A DNA stretch of 64,000 nucleotides from an uncultured Alphaproteobacteria bacterium (GCA_963738185.1 CAVTVA010000003.1:128076-192075); one strand, 5' to 3'; counted from the first letter of the stretch, positions 18,955 through 29,631 are shown. Numbers and translations: made by a program. Notes: generated by a model from the sequence alone, not told the origin.

Positions 18955-20765
18955 ATGGAAGCTTTTACAACCCGGCCCGAGATTCGCGGCACCTTCGGCG
19001 CGGTCGCCTCGACCCATTGGCTGGCCGCGGCGGTCGGCATGAGCATGCTCGAAAAGGGTGGCAACGCCTTTGACGCGGCGGCCGCCGCCGGGTTCACGTT
19101 GCAGGTGGTCGAGCCGCATCTGAACGGCCCGCTCGGCGAAGCGCCGATCCTGGTGTGGAGCGAGGCGCGGCGCCGCTGCGAGATGATCTGCGGCCAGGGG
19201 GTGGCTCCGGCCGCCGCGACGATCGGCCGCTTTCGCGAGCTCGGGCTCGACCTCGTCCCCGGCACCGGGCTGCTCGCCGCGACGGTTCCCGGCGCGTTCG
19301 GCGCCTGGCTGCGGCTGCTGCGCGATTGGGGGACGATGCCGCTCGCCGATATCCTGGCCCCGGCGATCGCCTATGCCGAGAACGGCTATCCGGCCGTCGC
19401 GCGCATTACCGAGACGATCGCCATGATGGCCGAGCTGTTTCGGCGCGAATGGCCAAGCTCGGCCGCGATTTATCTGCCGCGCGGCCAGCCGCCGGCGCCG
19501 GGCCGGCTGTTCCGCAACCGGGCGCTCGCCGCAACCTATCGCCGGGTCTTGGCCGAGACCGGCGAAGGCAGCCGCGAGGACCGCATCGAGCATGCCCGCG
19601 CCGCCTGGTACGAGGGCTTTGTCGCCGAGGCGATCGATCAGTTCTGCCGACATCAGCAGGTGCTCGATTCGTCCGGGAGGCGCCATCGCGGGCTGCTCTG
19701 ACCGGCGACGATCTGGCGCGCTGGCAGGCGCCGGTCGAAACCCCGGCCAGCTTCGATTACCATGGCTGGACGGTGATCAAGGGCGGCCCGTGGAGCCAGG
19801 GGCCGGTGCTGCTGCAGACCCTCGCCCTGCTGCAAGGTTTTGATCTCGACGCTCTCGATCCGCTCGGGCCCGAATTTGTCCATCTTGTCGTCGAATGTCT
19901 GAAGCTCGCCTTTGCCGACCGGGAGGCGTGGTACGGCGACCCCGATTTTGTCGATGTGCCGATCGCGACCCTGCTGAGCGCCGGCTACAACGACGCGAGG
20001 CGCCGGCTGGTCGGGGAGCGCGCTTCGCTCGAATTGCGCCCCGGCAGCCCCGACGGGCGCCTGCCGCGGATCCTGGTCGGCGGCCAGGAGGCTGCGATCG
20101 CCGGCGCCGGCATCGGCGAGCCGACCATGGACGGCACCGGCGAGCCGACGGTCACGCCGCAAGGGCTCGCCGCCGGCGACACCTGCCATGTCGATGTCAT
20201 CGACCGCTGGGGCAACATGGTGTCGGCCACCCCCTCGGGCGGCTGGCTGCAAAGCTCGCCGGCGATCCCCGATCTCGGCTTTTGCCTCGGCACCCGGATG
20301 CAGATGTTCTGGCTCGAAGCGGGGCTGCCGGCAAGCCTCGAACCCGGCAAGCGCCCGCGCAGCACCCTGTCGCCGTCGATGGCATTCCGAGACGGCAAAC
20401 CCTACATGGCCTTCGGCACCCCCGGCGGCGACCAGCAGGACCAATGGTCGGCGCAGCTGCTGCTGCATCACGTGCATCACCGCATGAATTTGCAGGAGGC
20501 GATCGACTGCCCGGCCTTTCACACCGAGCACGGGCCGAGTTCGTTCTATCCGCGCGCCGCGCATCCGGGGCTGGTCGCGATCGAAAGCCGCTTCCCCGAG
20601 GCGACCCGCGCCGCGCTCGCCGAACGCGGCCATTGCCTGGTCATCGGCGGCCCCTGGTCCGAAGGCCGCCTCTCCGCCTGCGCCCGCGAAGACACTGCCG
20701 AAGGCCGCCTCCTCAAAGCCGCCGCCAACCCCCGCGGCATGCAGGGCTACGCCATCGGCCGTTGA
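18955..20765 (+). pseudogene. Gamma-glutamyltransferase-family protein with one frameshift
   Basis: Frame 1: MEAFTTRPEIRGTFGAVASTHWLAAAVGMSMLEKGGNAFDAAAAAG...VLDSSGRRHRGLL, then TGA at 19699-19701. It continues in another frame: LTGDDLARWQAPVE...DTCHVDVIDRWGNMVSATPSGGW...AFGTPGGDQQDQW. Length 1811 nt is 3n+2. GGAGGG RBS lies before ATG 18955. Confidence 0.75.
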
Positions 20766-20861
20766 AAGTATGGCGTTGGCTGAATGCGCAGCAGAACCTG
20801 CGGCCTTCTGGCCGTCCTTGACGGCGCTGCGCCTGACGGACGAAAGTTGCGGCTGGAATTG

Positions 20862-20885
20862 GCCGGATTTGTCGCCGGATTTGTC
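20862..20885. repeat. 12-bp direct repeat x2 (gccggatttgtc) just upstream of the CoA-transferase 3 RBS
   Basis: Read directly. Ends 18 nt before GTG 20904. Confidence 0.7.
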
Positions 20886-20903
20886 GAGAGAGGATACCCC
20901 GCC

Positions 20904-22091
20904 GTGAGCATCGGAACCTTGCCGCTCAGCCGCTTTACCGTCCTCGACCTGACGCACGCGCGGGCCGGGCCGACCGCGGTGCGCCAGTTGGCTGATTGGG
21001 GCGCCAACGTCATCAAGATCGAGCGCCGCGGCGATGACGGGCGCGACGTGACCGGGTCGCGGCGGGAGGGGTTCGATTTCCAGAATTTGCATCGCAACAA
21101 GCGCAGCCTGGCGCTCGACCTGAAGACCAAGGACGGGCTCGCGATCTTTATGCAGCTCGCCGAGAAGGCCGATGTGATCGTCGAGAATTTCCGCTCCGAG
21201 GTGAAATTCCGGCTCGGCATCGATTACGAGAGCGTCAAGAAGGTCAACCCGCGCATCGTCTATGGCAGCATCTCGGGGTTTGGCCAGACCGGGCCTTACG
21301 CCAAGCGGCCGGGGGTGGACCAGATCGCCCAGGGCATGGGCGGGCTGATGTCGATCACCGGGTTTCCGGGGCAGGGGCCGGTGCGGGTCGGCATCCCGAT
21401 CGACGATCTGTGCGCCGGCATCCTGTTGGCGCAGGGGATTTTGATGGCATTGCTCGAGCGCGAGCAATCGGGCGAGGGGCAGTGGGTGCACACCTCGCTG
21501 TTGGAGGCGCAGATTTTCATGCTGGACTTCCAAGCCTCCCGCTGGCTGATGGCCGGCGAGGTGGCAAAGCAGGCCGGCAACGACCATCCGACCGGCATCC
21601 CGACCGGGCTGTTCCCGACCGCCGACGGGCAGATCAACATCGCCGCCTCGGGCGACCACATGTTCCGCCGGTTTTGCGAGGCGGCCGACGCGATGTCGCT
21701 GCTCGACGACCCGGATTACGCGACCGGGCCGCAGCGTTCGAAAAATCGGAAGGCGCTGAACGAGCGGATCGCCGAGATCACCAAAAAGCGGCCGAGCGCC
21801 TATTGGGTAGAATTGATGAACGAGGTCGGCGTGCCGTGCGGCCCGCTCTATACGATCGACCAGACTTTTGCTGACCCGCAGGTGCAGCACCTCGAAATGG
21901 CGCGGCCGATCGACCACCCAAAGCTCGGCCCGATCAAGGTGGTGGGGCAGGCGATCAACATGATGCGCACCCCCGAGCCCGAAACGCTGCGACCGACCCC
22001 CGGGCTCGGCCAGCACACCGATGAGGTATTGCGCGAGCTGGGCCACGGCGCGGCCGCGATCGCCGATCTGCGCGCCCGCGATATTGTCTGA
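20904..22091 (+). CDS. Family III CoA-transferase, paralogue 3
   Basis: GTG start (GAGAGAGGA upstream). FTVLDLTHARAGPTAVRQLADWGANVIKIERRG, NKRSLALDLKTKDG, ADVIVENFRSEV, IDDLCAGILLAQGILMAL, GLGQHTDEVL. Confidence 0.85.
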   Translation: MSIGTLPLSRFTVLDLTHARAGPTAVRQLADWGANVIKIERRGDDGRDVTGSRREGFDFQNLHRNKRSLALDLKTKDGLAIFMQLAEKADVIVENFRSEVKFRLGIDYESVKKVNPRIVYGSISGFGQTGPYAKRPGVDQIAQGMGGLMSITGFPGQGPVRVGIPIDDLCAGILLAQGILMALLEREQSGEGQWVHTSLLEAQIFMLDFQASRWLMAGEVAKQAGNDHPTGIPTGLFPTADGQINIAASGDHMFRRFCEAADAMSLLDDPDYATGPQRSKNRKALNERIAEITKKRPSAYWVELMNEVGVPCGPLYTIDQTFADPQVQHLEMARPIDHPKLGPIKVVGQAINMMRTPEPETLRPTPGLGQHTDEVLRELGHGAAAIADLRARDIV

Positions 22092-22446
22092 CCGCGCGGG
22101 GTCTCCACCGGGAAAGGGCGATCTATTCGCCGATACCGCGTCGCGGTTTTACCGATTGGCGACAGCCCCCTGACCCGGCGTCGACCCGTTCCAGCCAGAA
22201 TAGGGTTCCGACACTCTCTTCCTCGTCGCCTCCGCGCAACAGCGTGTGAGGAAATCTCTCTCTGATCAATTCGCCACCCCGGCCCACGGCAAAGCGACTC
22301 CATGCCGATTTCTTCACACGCGCGGGGTCCAGGGGCGCAAGCGCGGTGCCCGACGCCCCTGTTCAGGCCAGCCGTAAACTCTGGGAGCGCGCTTTCGCGG
22401 GCATGACGACAAAAAGAAGCGGGCACCAAGCGCTAAATTCGAGCCC

Positions 22447-23643
22447 CTAAACAATGCGCGCTTGGCGCAGCCGCACGATCTCCGCCTCGCCGTAGCCGAG
22501 CTCGCCGAGCACGCTGTCGGTATCCTGCCCCATTTCGTGCGGCGGGTGCTCGATCGACGGCCCGCCATGGGCGAACTTGAAGGCGGCCAGCGGCACGCCA
22601 AGCGGGCCATCGAGCCCGGCGACGCTCCCGAAATGATGGAACGCTCCGCGATCCTGGAAATGCGGGTCGGCGACGGCCTCGGCCGTCGTGCGCACCCGCG
22701 CCGCCGGCACGTGGCGCGCCTGGAAATACACCTCCCACTCGTCTGCGGTCTTGGTCTTGATGATGTCGGCGATGATCGCCGCCTCGCGCGGGCGATCGTC
22801 GAGCCGGGCCTCGTTGTCGGTCTTGATCATGTCCGGCCGCTCGACCGCCCGCCAAAAGCGCGCCTGCTGGCGGATGTTGCTGGCGCCGATCATGACCATG
22901 CCCTCCTTCGCCTCATAGGCGCTGTTGGTGGCGAAGGGCTGCTTGTTGCCGTGCGGCTTCGGCTCGGCGCCGTTGCGGAAATAGCCGGTCAAGAGCGAGG
23001 CCTGCATCATCATCGCCACCCCGATCATGGCGAGGTCGATATGCTGGCCCTTGCCGGTGCGCTCGCGCTGAAACAGGGCCGCGGCCAGCGCAAAGGCGCC
23101 CATCGTCCCGGTTGCGTAATCGACCGCCGGCACACCGATCTTGATCGGGTTGACCTCCTCGGTGCCGGTCGCAGCCATGATGCCCGAACTCGCCTGGATC
23201 ACATGGTCGTAGGCGGTTTGCTCGCGCCGCACGCCGTCCTGCCCAAATGCCGAGATCGAGCAATAGATCAGACGCGGGTTGACCTTCAGCAAGGCCTCGT
23301 AGCCAAGCTCAAGCGCGTCGAATGCGCCGGGGCGGTAGTTCTCGACCAGCACATCGGAGCGGGCGACCAGCTTCTTCAGGATGTCGCGCCCCGCTTCGCT
23401 CTTCAGGTCGAGCGTGATCGAACGCTTGTTCGATCCTTGGGTCAGGAACGAGGTCCCCATATTGCGGCGGTTGAGCGCGCGGTCGCTGCCGGTCTCGCGG
23501 CTCTGGTCCGGCTCGTCCGGATGCTCGACCTTGATCACATCGGCGCCCAGCACGGCGAGCTGATAAGCCGCGAACGGCCCGGCCAGCACATGGGTGATGT
23601 CGATAATGCGAATGCCCTCAAACGGTCGGGTCATCGGCGGCAA
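22447..23643 (-). CDS. Family III CoA-transferase, paralogue 4
   Basis: IRIIDITHVLAGPFAAYQLAVLGADVIKVEHP, NKRSITLDLKSEAG, SDVLVENYRPGA, VDYATGTMGAFALAAAL, MGQDTDSVL. Confidence 0.85.
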   Translation of the reverse strand: MPPMTRPFEGIRIIDITHVLAGPFAAYQLAVLGADVIKVEHPDEPDQSRETGSDRALNRRNMGTSFLTQGSNKRSITLDLKSEAGRDILKKLVARSDVLVENYRPGAFDALELGYEALLKVNPRLIYCSISAFGQDGVRREQTAYDHVIQASSGIMAATGTEEVNPIKIGVPAVDYATGTMGAFALAAALFQRERTGKGQHIDLAMIGVAMMMQASLLTGYFRNGAEPKPHGNKQPFATNSAYEAKEGMVMIGASNIRQQARFWRAVERPDMIKTDNEARLDDRPREAAIIADIIKTKTADEWEVYFQARHVPAARVRTTAEAVADPHFQDRGAFHHFGSVAGLDGPLGVPLAAFKFAHGGPSIEHPPHEMGQDTDSVLGELGYGEAEIVRLRQARIV

Positions 23644-23752
23644 TCCTCAATAGCCAGGCTCGGGTCGCGGCGCATCGTGACATCCGCCACGCGCGAAAGC
23701 AAAATGTTAGGCTCTCGCAGCCAATTTTGGCGGTCCGCTCCAGGGGCGAACC

Positions 23753-24106
23753 ATGGCATACGACATACCACCTCCCGACAAGCTGCCCGAGCCTGGATAT
23801 TACTATCACTTCAAACATGACCCGGCCGGGAAGCTGAACAATTACGCCTATTATATCTATGGGGTCGGCCATCACACCGAAGCAGATTGCCGAACCGAAG
23901 ACGCGTTCATGCAAGTCTACCGGCCGTTATACGAGGAGGCATATGCCTATCGGAACGGCGGGCTGTTCGACCTGCGCCCGCTCCACATGTTTTTCGAGCC
24001 GGCCGAGCGGGACGGAAAATCGGTGCCGCGGTTCCAAAGAATCACCGACCCCGAAATCATCGCGCAATTAGCGGCCATCAAGGCCCACATGTATCCGGAC
24101 CCTTAG
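23753..24106 (+). CDS. DUF1653-like protein
   Basis: 117 aa. GYYYHFKHDP...YYIYGVGHHTE...QVYRPLY...FDLRPLHMFFEP matches my recollection of the DUF1653 pattern (YxHYKG...V..A.HSE...VVY..LY...W.RP..MF). Confidence 0.6.
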   Translation: MAYDIPPPDKLPEPGYYYHFKHDPAGKLNNYAYYIYGVGHHTEADCRTEDAFMQVYRPLYEEAYAYRNGGLFDLRPLHMFFEPAERDGKSVPRFQRITDPEIIAQLAAIKAHMYPDP

Positions 24107-24169
24107 CGCCTCCCACAATCGACCAATCGCGGCCTCGCGCCGAGTTGTACAGCGCAGTTTGAGATCTGC

Positions 24170-26468
24170 TCAGCCGGGCGGGTCGAATGCCTTGATCGGC
24201 GGCAGCGGGCCGTCGAACCGCTCGATCTCGACCAGCGTCAACTGTCCGGTGCAGCCCTGCGCGAGGCGCGATGTGCCCGCGTCGCGGGTCAAGACGTTCG
24301 GGTTGCCGTGGACGCAGAAAGGCAGTTCCGCGCTGGGGTCTGCGGGATCGTACCAGGCCCCGGTCGCGAGCTGGACGACGCCGGGCCGCAGCGCCTCGCT
24401 CAGCGCCGCCCCGGCGAGGCAGGCGCCCCGTTCGTTGTAGAGCCGGACGATGTCGCCGTCGGCGATGCCGCGCGCCGCCGCGTCTTGCGGATGGAGTGCG
24501 GACCGGCTCGCGCCCGTTGATCTTTGAGGCGAGGCTGGTGGCGCCGAAATCGAGCTGGCTGTGCAGCCGGGTCGCCGGCTGGTTGGCGACAGCTGCAGCG
24601 GGTAGCGGGCGGCGGCCGGCGCGCCAAATCCTTCCTGCGGCGGCAGCCAGGCCGGATGTCCCGGGCAATCGGCATAGCCAAAGCCAGCGATCGCCGCCGA
24701 GGCGATCTCGATCCTGCCGCTCGGCGTCGGCAAGGGTGCCGCGTCAGGGTCGCGGCGGAACTTGCGGACGATGCCGCCATCCGATGCTTGGACCGGCAGG
24801 ATCAGCTCGCCGTCTTCCCAGAACTGGGCGAAATCCGGCGCGTTGACGCCGCGTTCGGCCAGGGCGCTGCGCGTCGGCTCGTAGATGTGCTCGAGCCACT
24901 GCCGGGCGGTGCGGCCTTCGGTAAAGGCCCGGGCAAACCCGAGCCGTTGCGCCAGCCCGGTGAAGATCTCGTAATCGTCGCGCGCTTGCCCGTAGGGCGC
25001 CACCGCGCGGTGCATCGCCACCATCAGCGGGTCGCCGGCGGCGGCGCCGATATCCTCGCGCTCGAGGGTGATCGTCGCCGGCAGCACGATGTCGGCATGG
25101 CGCGCGCTCGCCGTCCACACCTGCTCGTGCACGATCACCGTGTCCGGGCGGGCAAAGCCGCGGCGCAATCTGCCGATATCCTGGTGATGATGGAACGGGT
25201 TGCCGCCGGCCCAGTAGAGGAGCCTGATATCGGGATAGGTGAGGCGCTGGCCGTCATAGTCAAATGCGTCGCCCGGATGCAGCAGGAGGTCGCTGATGCG
25301 CGCGACCGGGATGAAGTCGGCGATGCTGTTGCGGCCGGTCGGCACCGTCGGCAGCGGCACCGCCAGCGGCGGCTTGCCGGTGTTCGAGGTCGAGCCCAGC
25401 GCATAGGCGAAGCCGCCGCCCGCAAGCCCGATCTGACCCAGCATCGCGGCCAGCACCACGCCCATCCACACCGGCTGCTCGCCGTGCTCGGCGCGCTGCA
25501 AGGATTGCGAGCAGGTGATCAAGGTGCGCTGTCCCGCGCACCGCCGGGCGAGCGCCGAAGATCTCGTCGGCGGGGAGGCCGCAGATCGCGGCGGCCCAGG
25601 CGGCGTCTTTTGGCTGGCCGTCGCTGCGGCCCAAAAGATAGGCTTCGAAGATCTCCCAGCCGGTGCAGAACCGTTCGAGGAATGCGCGGTCGTGCAGCCC
25701 TTCGCCGACCAAGGTATGCGCGATGCCGAGCATCAGCGCGACGTCGGTGCCGGGGCGGATCGGGTGCCAGGCCGCCTCCAGGAAAGCGGGCAGGTCGTCG
25801 CGCAATGGGCCGATCAGGTGAAATTCGACGCCGCGCTCGCGCGCCGCGATCAGGTTGCCGCGAGCGATGTGCTGGCCGGTGCCACCGCCGCCGACATCAT
25901 TGTTCTTTAACGCCATGCCGCCAAAGGCGAGCACCAAGGCGCTCTCGGCCACCAGCTCGGCCCAGCTCACAGTGTTGCCGGCGACCGCGGATTGCGGGCC
26001 GATCACATGGGGCAGGATCACCGTCGCGGCACCCGAGCTGTAGCTGTTGACCGAGCGGACATAGCCGCCGGCGCAGTTCAGGAAGCGATGGAGCTGGTGC
26101 TGCGCGTCGTGAAAGCGCCCGGCGCTGGCCCAGCCATAGGAGCCGCCGAACACCGCGCGCGGCCCGTGCGCCGCATAGATCCGCCGCACTTCGTCGGCCG
26201 CATGGTCGAGCGCCTCGGGCCACGACACCGCGACAAACTCGTCCGCGCCGCGGCTCTGATCCGGCCCCGGGCCGTGTTCGAGCCAGCCCCGGCGGATCAT
26301 CGGCCGGGCGATCCGCGCCCGGTGCGATACCGACGCCGGGATATTGCCGAGCAGCGAGGAAGGATCGGGGTCGCGCGGGTGCGGGACGATCTCGATCTGC
26401 CGTTCCCGCACCGACACCGAAAACGCTCCCCAATGCGAGCTGTGCGGCAAGCTTGGCAATCGGCTCAT
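24170..26468 (-). pseudogene. BisC-type molybdopterin oxidoreductase (biotin sulfoxide / TMAO-DMSO reductase family, cytoplasmic) with three frameshifts
   Basis: N-terminal part, frame of ORF 25260..26468: MSRLPSLPHSSHWGAFSV...FGGSYGWASAGRFH...GTDVALMLGIAHTL...AAAICGLPADEIF. Shift near 25556. Then ALARRCAGQRTLITCSQSLQRAEHGEQPVWMGVVLAAMLGQIGLAGGGF...RYPLQL. A 1-nt deletion lies near 24590. Then VANQPATRLHSQLDFGATSLASKINGREPVR (frame of ORF 24078..24668). A 1-nt insertion lies near 24497. Then LHPQDAAARGIADGDIVRLYNERG...AFDPPG. Length 2299 nt is 3n+1. Colinear with E. coli BisC as I remember it. Confidence 0.75.
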
Positions 26469-26622
26469 GCAGACACGCCCTCCCGGTTCAGCCTAAATCG
26501 GCCGGTTCGGGATAATCCATGCGCGAAGGTCTGACGGAAATACCAAAAACCGCTTGCGGGGCCGATCCGTGAAGGTTACCCTAAAGTTGTATAGCGTAAC
26601 TCCTATAACGCTGGGGGAGGGA

Positions 26623-27276
26623 ATGAAACATTTGTTGGCCAAAGCGGCGGTCGTGGCGGCTGCGATGTGCCTACTGCTGTATAGCGCACCGAACGCACGG
26701 GCCGGCACGGTGGGCGTTGAACAATTTAATCTGATTGACAGGGTGCAGCAGGATCTCACATTTGTCGAAGACGGCCTTTGGTACCCGAGCTGCTGGTGCG
26801 GCCCGTTTTACGGGAATTACTCCCCGCCTCCTGAGACTATCACACATGGTAACACGCCGATCGACGGACAGTGGTTCGTCGGTACCGACTCAGGCGCCTA
26901 CCTGCATTGGTTCGTCACCTATGGCGTTCAGATCCCGATCGAGCCATCAAAATTTTCTCAATATTGTACTGTTGGGGCAGACACTTATAACGGCGACGAC
27001 TATACCGAAAATGTGGAGGGGTTTTGTTGGACAGTAGCGGGCGAAGTGTGCTCGACTTGTGACGTCGTGACCTTTCTCGACTGGTATGCGTATAATAAAG
27101 GGGAAGGCGGATTATTTGAAATCGCCGCCCCAACGCTCGCCGAGGTGGCGGAACCCACATCTGCCGCGATGTTAGGGGCCGGGCTTGTCGGGCTGATTGG
27201 CTTCGCTGGCCTGAGGCGGCGCAGGCTCCGCGGCTGCGCCCGGCACGGCCCACCTGTTGCCGCTAGCATAGGTTGA
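26623..27276 (+). CDS. PEP-CTERM-anchored secreted protein, Cys-rich, in an AT-richer islet
   Basis: Start ATG 26623 (GGGGGAGGGA RBS). Signal MKHLLAKAAVVAAAMCLLLYSAPNARA. Eight Cys residues in the mature part. C-terminal sorting signal VAEPTSAAMLGAGLVGLIGFAGLRRRR has PEP-like, TM and Arg-cluster parts, followed by an unusually long 17-aa tail. Confidence 0.7.
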   Translation: MKHLLAKAAVVAAAMCLLLYSAPNARAGTVGVEQFNLIDRVQQDLTFVEDGLWYPSCWCGPFYGNYSPPPETITHGNTPIDGQWFVGTDSGAYLHWFVTYGVQIPIEPSKFSQYCTVGADTYNGDDYTENVEGFCWTVAGEVCSTCDVVTFLDWYAYNKGEGGLFEIAAPTLAEVAEPTSAAMLGAGLVGLIGFAGLRRRRLRGCARHGPPVAASIG

Positions 27277-27436
27277 GCAGTGCGAAACCCGTCATCGGGC
27301 CGGTGGTGGCGGGTTTCGCCTAGGACTCGACCCATCCTACCATCGCTTCAAGGGTGGGGTGGGTGTTAGGCCCCGCGGGAGCGCACAAGGGATACGGGTT
27401 TTGCGCTCCGCTGCAATTGCGTTACGAGGCTGGCCG

Positions 27437-29557
27437 CTACATCGGCCGGCCGGGTTTGGCGTCGCGGAAGGGGGTGTTGGCGTCGGCGAGGCGGCGCAGC
27501 AGCGCGGAGGGGGCCCAGCGCTCGCCGTATTGCTGGTGCCAGGCGGAGATCTGACGGTAGACCTCGCCGGTGCCGATGCCGTCGGCCCAATACATCAGCC
27601 CGCCGCGGTAGCGCGGAAAGCCAAAGCCATTCAGCCACATCACGTCGATGTCGCTGGCCCGGTAGGCCTTGCCTTCTTCGAGGATGCGGCAGGCCTCGTT
27701 GACCGAGGAGAACAACAGTCGGCGCAGAATCTCCTCGTCGCTGAATTCGCGTTGCGGCACGCCCATTTCGGCGGCCTTCTCTTTGATGACGCGCGCCACT
27801 TCTGGGTCGGGGTGCGGCGTGCGATCGCCCTTCTCGTAGCGGAACCAGCCGGCCCCGGTCTTTTGCCCGAGCCGGCCCATCTCGACGATCGCGTCGGCGA
27901 TCGGCAACTTCCTATAGTTCGGGTTTTGCGCGGCGCGGCGCTGGCGGCTGTCATAGCCGATATCGAGCCCGGACAGGTCCGAAGTCGCGAACGGCCCGAT
28001 CGGATAGCCGAAATCGACCATGACCTTGTCGACCTGCTCGGGCAGGCAGCCCTCTTCGAGCAGGATCGTCATCTCGGTGCCGAAGGGTGTCCTGCTGCGA
28101 TTGGCGACAAAGCCGTCGCCATTGCCGGCCATGGCGCTGATCTTGCCGATCTTGCGGCCGAGATCCATCGCCGTCATCAGGGTTTCGGGGGCGCTTTTGG
28201 CGCCCTTTACGACCTCGAACAATTTCATGACGTTGGCCGGCGCGAAGAAATGCGTGCCGCAGACGTCTTGCGGCCGCTTTGTCGCATTGGCCATAATATC
28301 GATGTCGATTCCCGAAGTATTGGTATAGAGCAAGGCGCCCGGCTTCATCACCTCGTCGAGCTTTTTGAACACCTCCTCCTTGACCGGGATACGCTCGAAC
28401 ACAGCTTCGATGACGACATCGCAATCTGTGATATCGTCATAGCTGGTGACCGGCTCGATCAATGCGAGGCGCCGGTTCATCTCGGCCTCGCTGAGGCTGC
28501 CGCGGCGCACGCTGGTCTCGTAATTGGCGCGGATGCGTTGCAGGCCGCGGTCGAGCGCCTCCTGGCTGGCTTCGAGCAATTTCACCGGAAAGCCGAACTC
28601 GGCAAAGCTCATCGAGATGCCGCCGCCCATCGTGCCGGCGCCGACCACAGCAGCGGTCCTGATTAGGCGCAGCGGCGTCTCACGGGGGATGTCGGGGATG
28701 CGCGCCACCTCGCGCTCGGCAAAAAAGGCATAGCGCAGCGCACGGGCCTCGGCCGAGTTTTCGAGCTCGTTGAACAATTCGCGCTCGCGACGCACGCCCT
28801 CGTCGAACGGCATCGTGCAGGCGTTCTCGACCGATTGGATGCAATGGTAGGGCGCCTTCTGGTTGCGCGCGCGCCGGGCGATCGATTTGCGCATCGCCTC
28901 GAACAGGCCGGGCTCGGCCTTGGCCTCGGCGAGCCGCTCGTCATGGTCGCGGATGCGCGGCAATGGGCGGGTATCGGCAACGTGGCGGGCGAACGCGATC
29001 GCCGCCTGGCGCAGATCGCCGCTTTCGGGCACCAATTCGTCGATGATGCCGAGGCGGTGCGCCTCCTCGGCCGGGACATGGCGGCCCGACGTGATCATGT
29101 CGAGCGCCGCTTTCGGGCCGATCAGCCGCGGCAGGCGCTGGGTCCCGCCGCTCCCCGGAATGATGCCGATCAGCACCTCGGGCAGCCCGACCTTGGCGCT
29201 CGGCACGGCGATGCGGTAATTGGACGCGAGCGCGATCTCGAACCCGCCGCCTAAGGCATAGCCATGGATCGCCGCGACCACCGGCTTCTGGCTGGCGTCG
29301 AGCACGTCATGCACGCGCTTGCCGAGGACCGGCGGCGGCCGGTTGCCAAAGGTGCGGATGTCTGCCCCGGCGATAAAGCTGCGCCCCGCGCCGATCAGCA
29401 CCATCGCGCGGACCGCCGGGTCGGCATTGCCGCGCTCGATATTCTCGATGATGCCCTCGGGCACCCCCGGCGACAGCGCATTGACCGGCGGATTGTCGAT
29501 CGTGAGTACCCCCACCCCGTCGATATTCTCGAACCGCACCAATGTTTTGTCGGCCAT
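27437..29557 (-). CDS. Multifunctional enoyl-CoA hydratase / 3-hydroxyacyl-CoA dehydrogenase (FadB/FadJ-like)
   Basis: N-terminal crotonase fold (VLTIDNPPVNALS, GAGRSFIAGADI, AIHGYALGGGFEIAL). Then NAD-binding AAVVGAGTMGGGISMSF and 3HCDH C-domains. 706 aa. GGAGGG RBS. Confidence 0.9.
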   Translation of the reverse strand: MADKTLVRFENIDGVGVLTIDNPPVNALSPGVPEGIIENIERGNADPAVRAMVLIGAGRSFIAGADIRTFGNRPPPVLGKRVHDVLDASQKPVVAAIHGYALGGGFEIALASNYRIAVPSAKVGLPEVLIGIIPGSGGTQRLPRLIGPKAALDMITSGRHVPAEEAHRLGIIDELVPESGDLRQAAIAFARHVADTRPLPRIRDHDERLAEAKAEPGLFEAMRKSIARRARNQKAPYHCIQSVENACTMPFDEGVRRERELFNELENSAEARALRYAFFAEREVARIPDIPRETPLRLIRTAAVVGAGTMGGGISMSFAEFGFPVKLLEASQEALDRGLQRIRANYETSVRRGSLSEAEMNRRLALIEPVTSYDDITDCDVVIEAVFERIPVKEEVFKKLDEVMKPGALLYTNTSGIDIDIMANATKRPQDVCGTHFFAPANVMKLFEVVKGAKSAPETLMTAMDLGRKIGKISAMAGNGDGFVANRSRTPFGTEMTILLEEGCLPEQVDKVMVDFGYPIGPFATSDLSGLDIGYDSRQRRAAQNPNYRKLPIADAIVEMGRLGQKTGAGWFRYEKGDRTPHPDPEVARVIKEKAAEMGVPQREFSDEEILRRLLFSSVNEACRILEEGKAYRASDIDVMWLNGFGFPRYRGGLMYWADGIGTGEVYRQISAWHQQYGERWAPSALLRRLADANTPFRDAKPGRPM

Positions 29558-29631
29558 CGTCGCCCTCCGATCCGTCGCGCGCGTCCATTATTCGTCATTC
29601 CCGCAAAGGCGGAAACCCTAGAGCCCGCTTT

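Noticed and set aside
19049-19066. Other sigma-54-like strings: TGGCAACGCCTTTGA inside the GGT gene, and TGGCAC at 1651, 48458, 60899 and 61803.
   Set aside because: All lie inside coding sequence and lack the TTGC -12 element at the correct spacing.
22092-22446. The 355-bp gap between the convergent CoA-transferase genes, examined for a small gene, riboswitch or sRNA.
   Set aside because: It contains only a REP-like cgcgctttcgcgggcatgacg segment and short ORFs of non-coding character. I recognise no conserved RNA motif.
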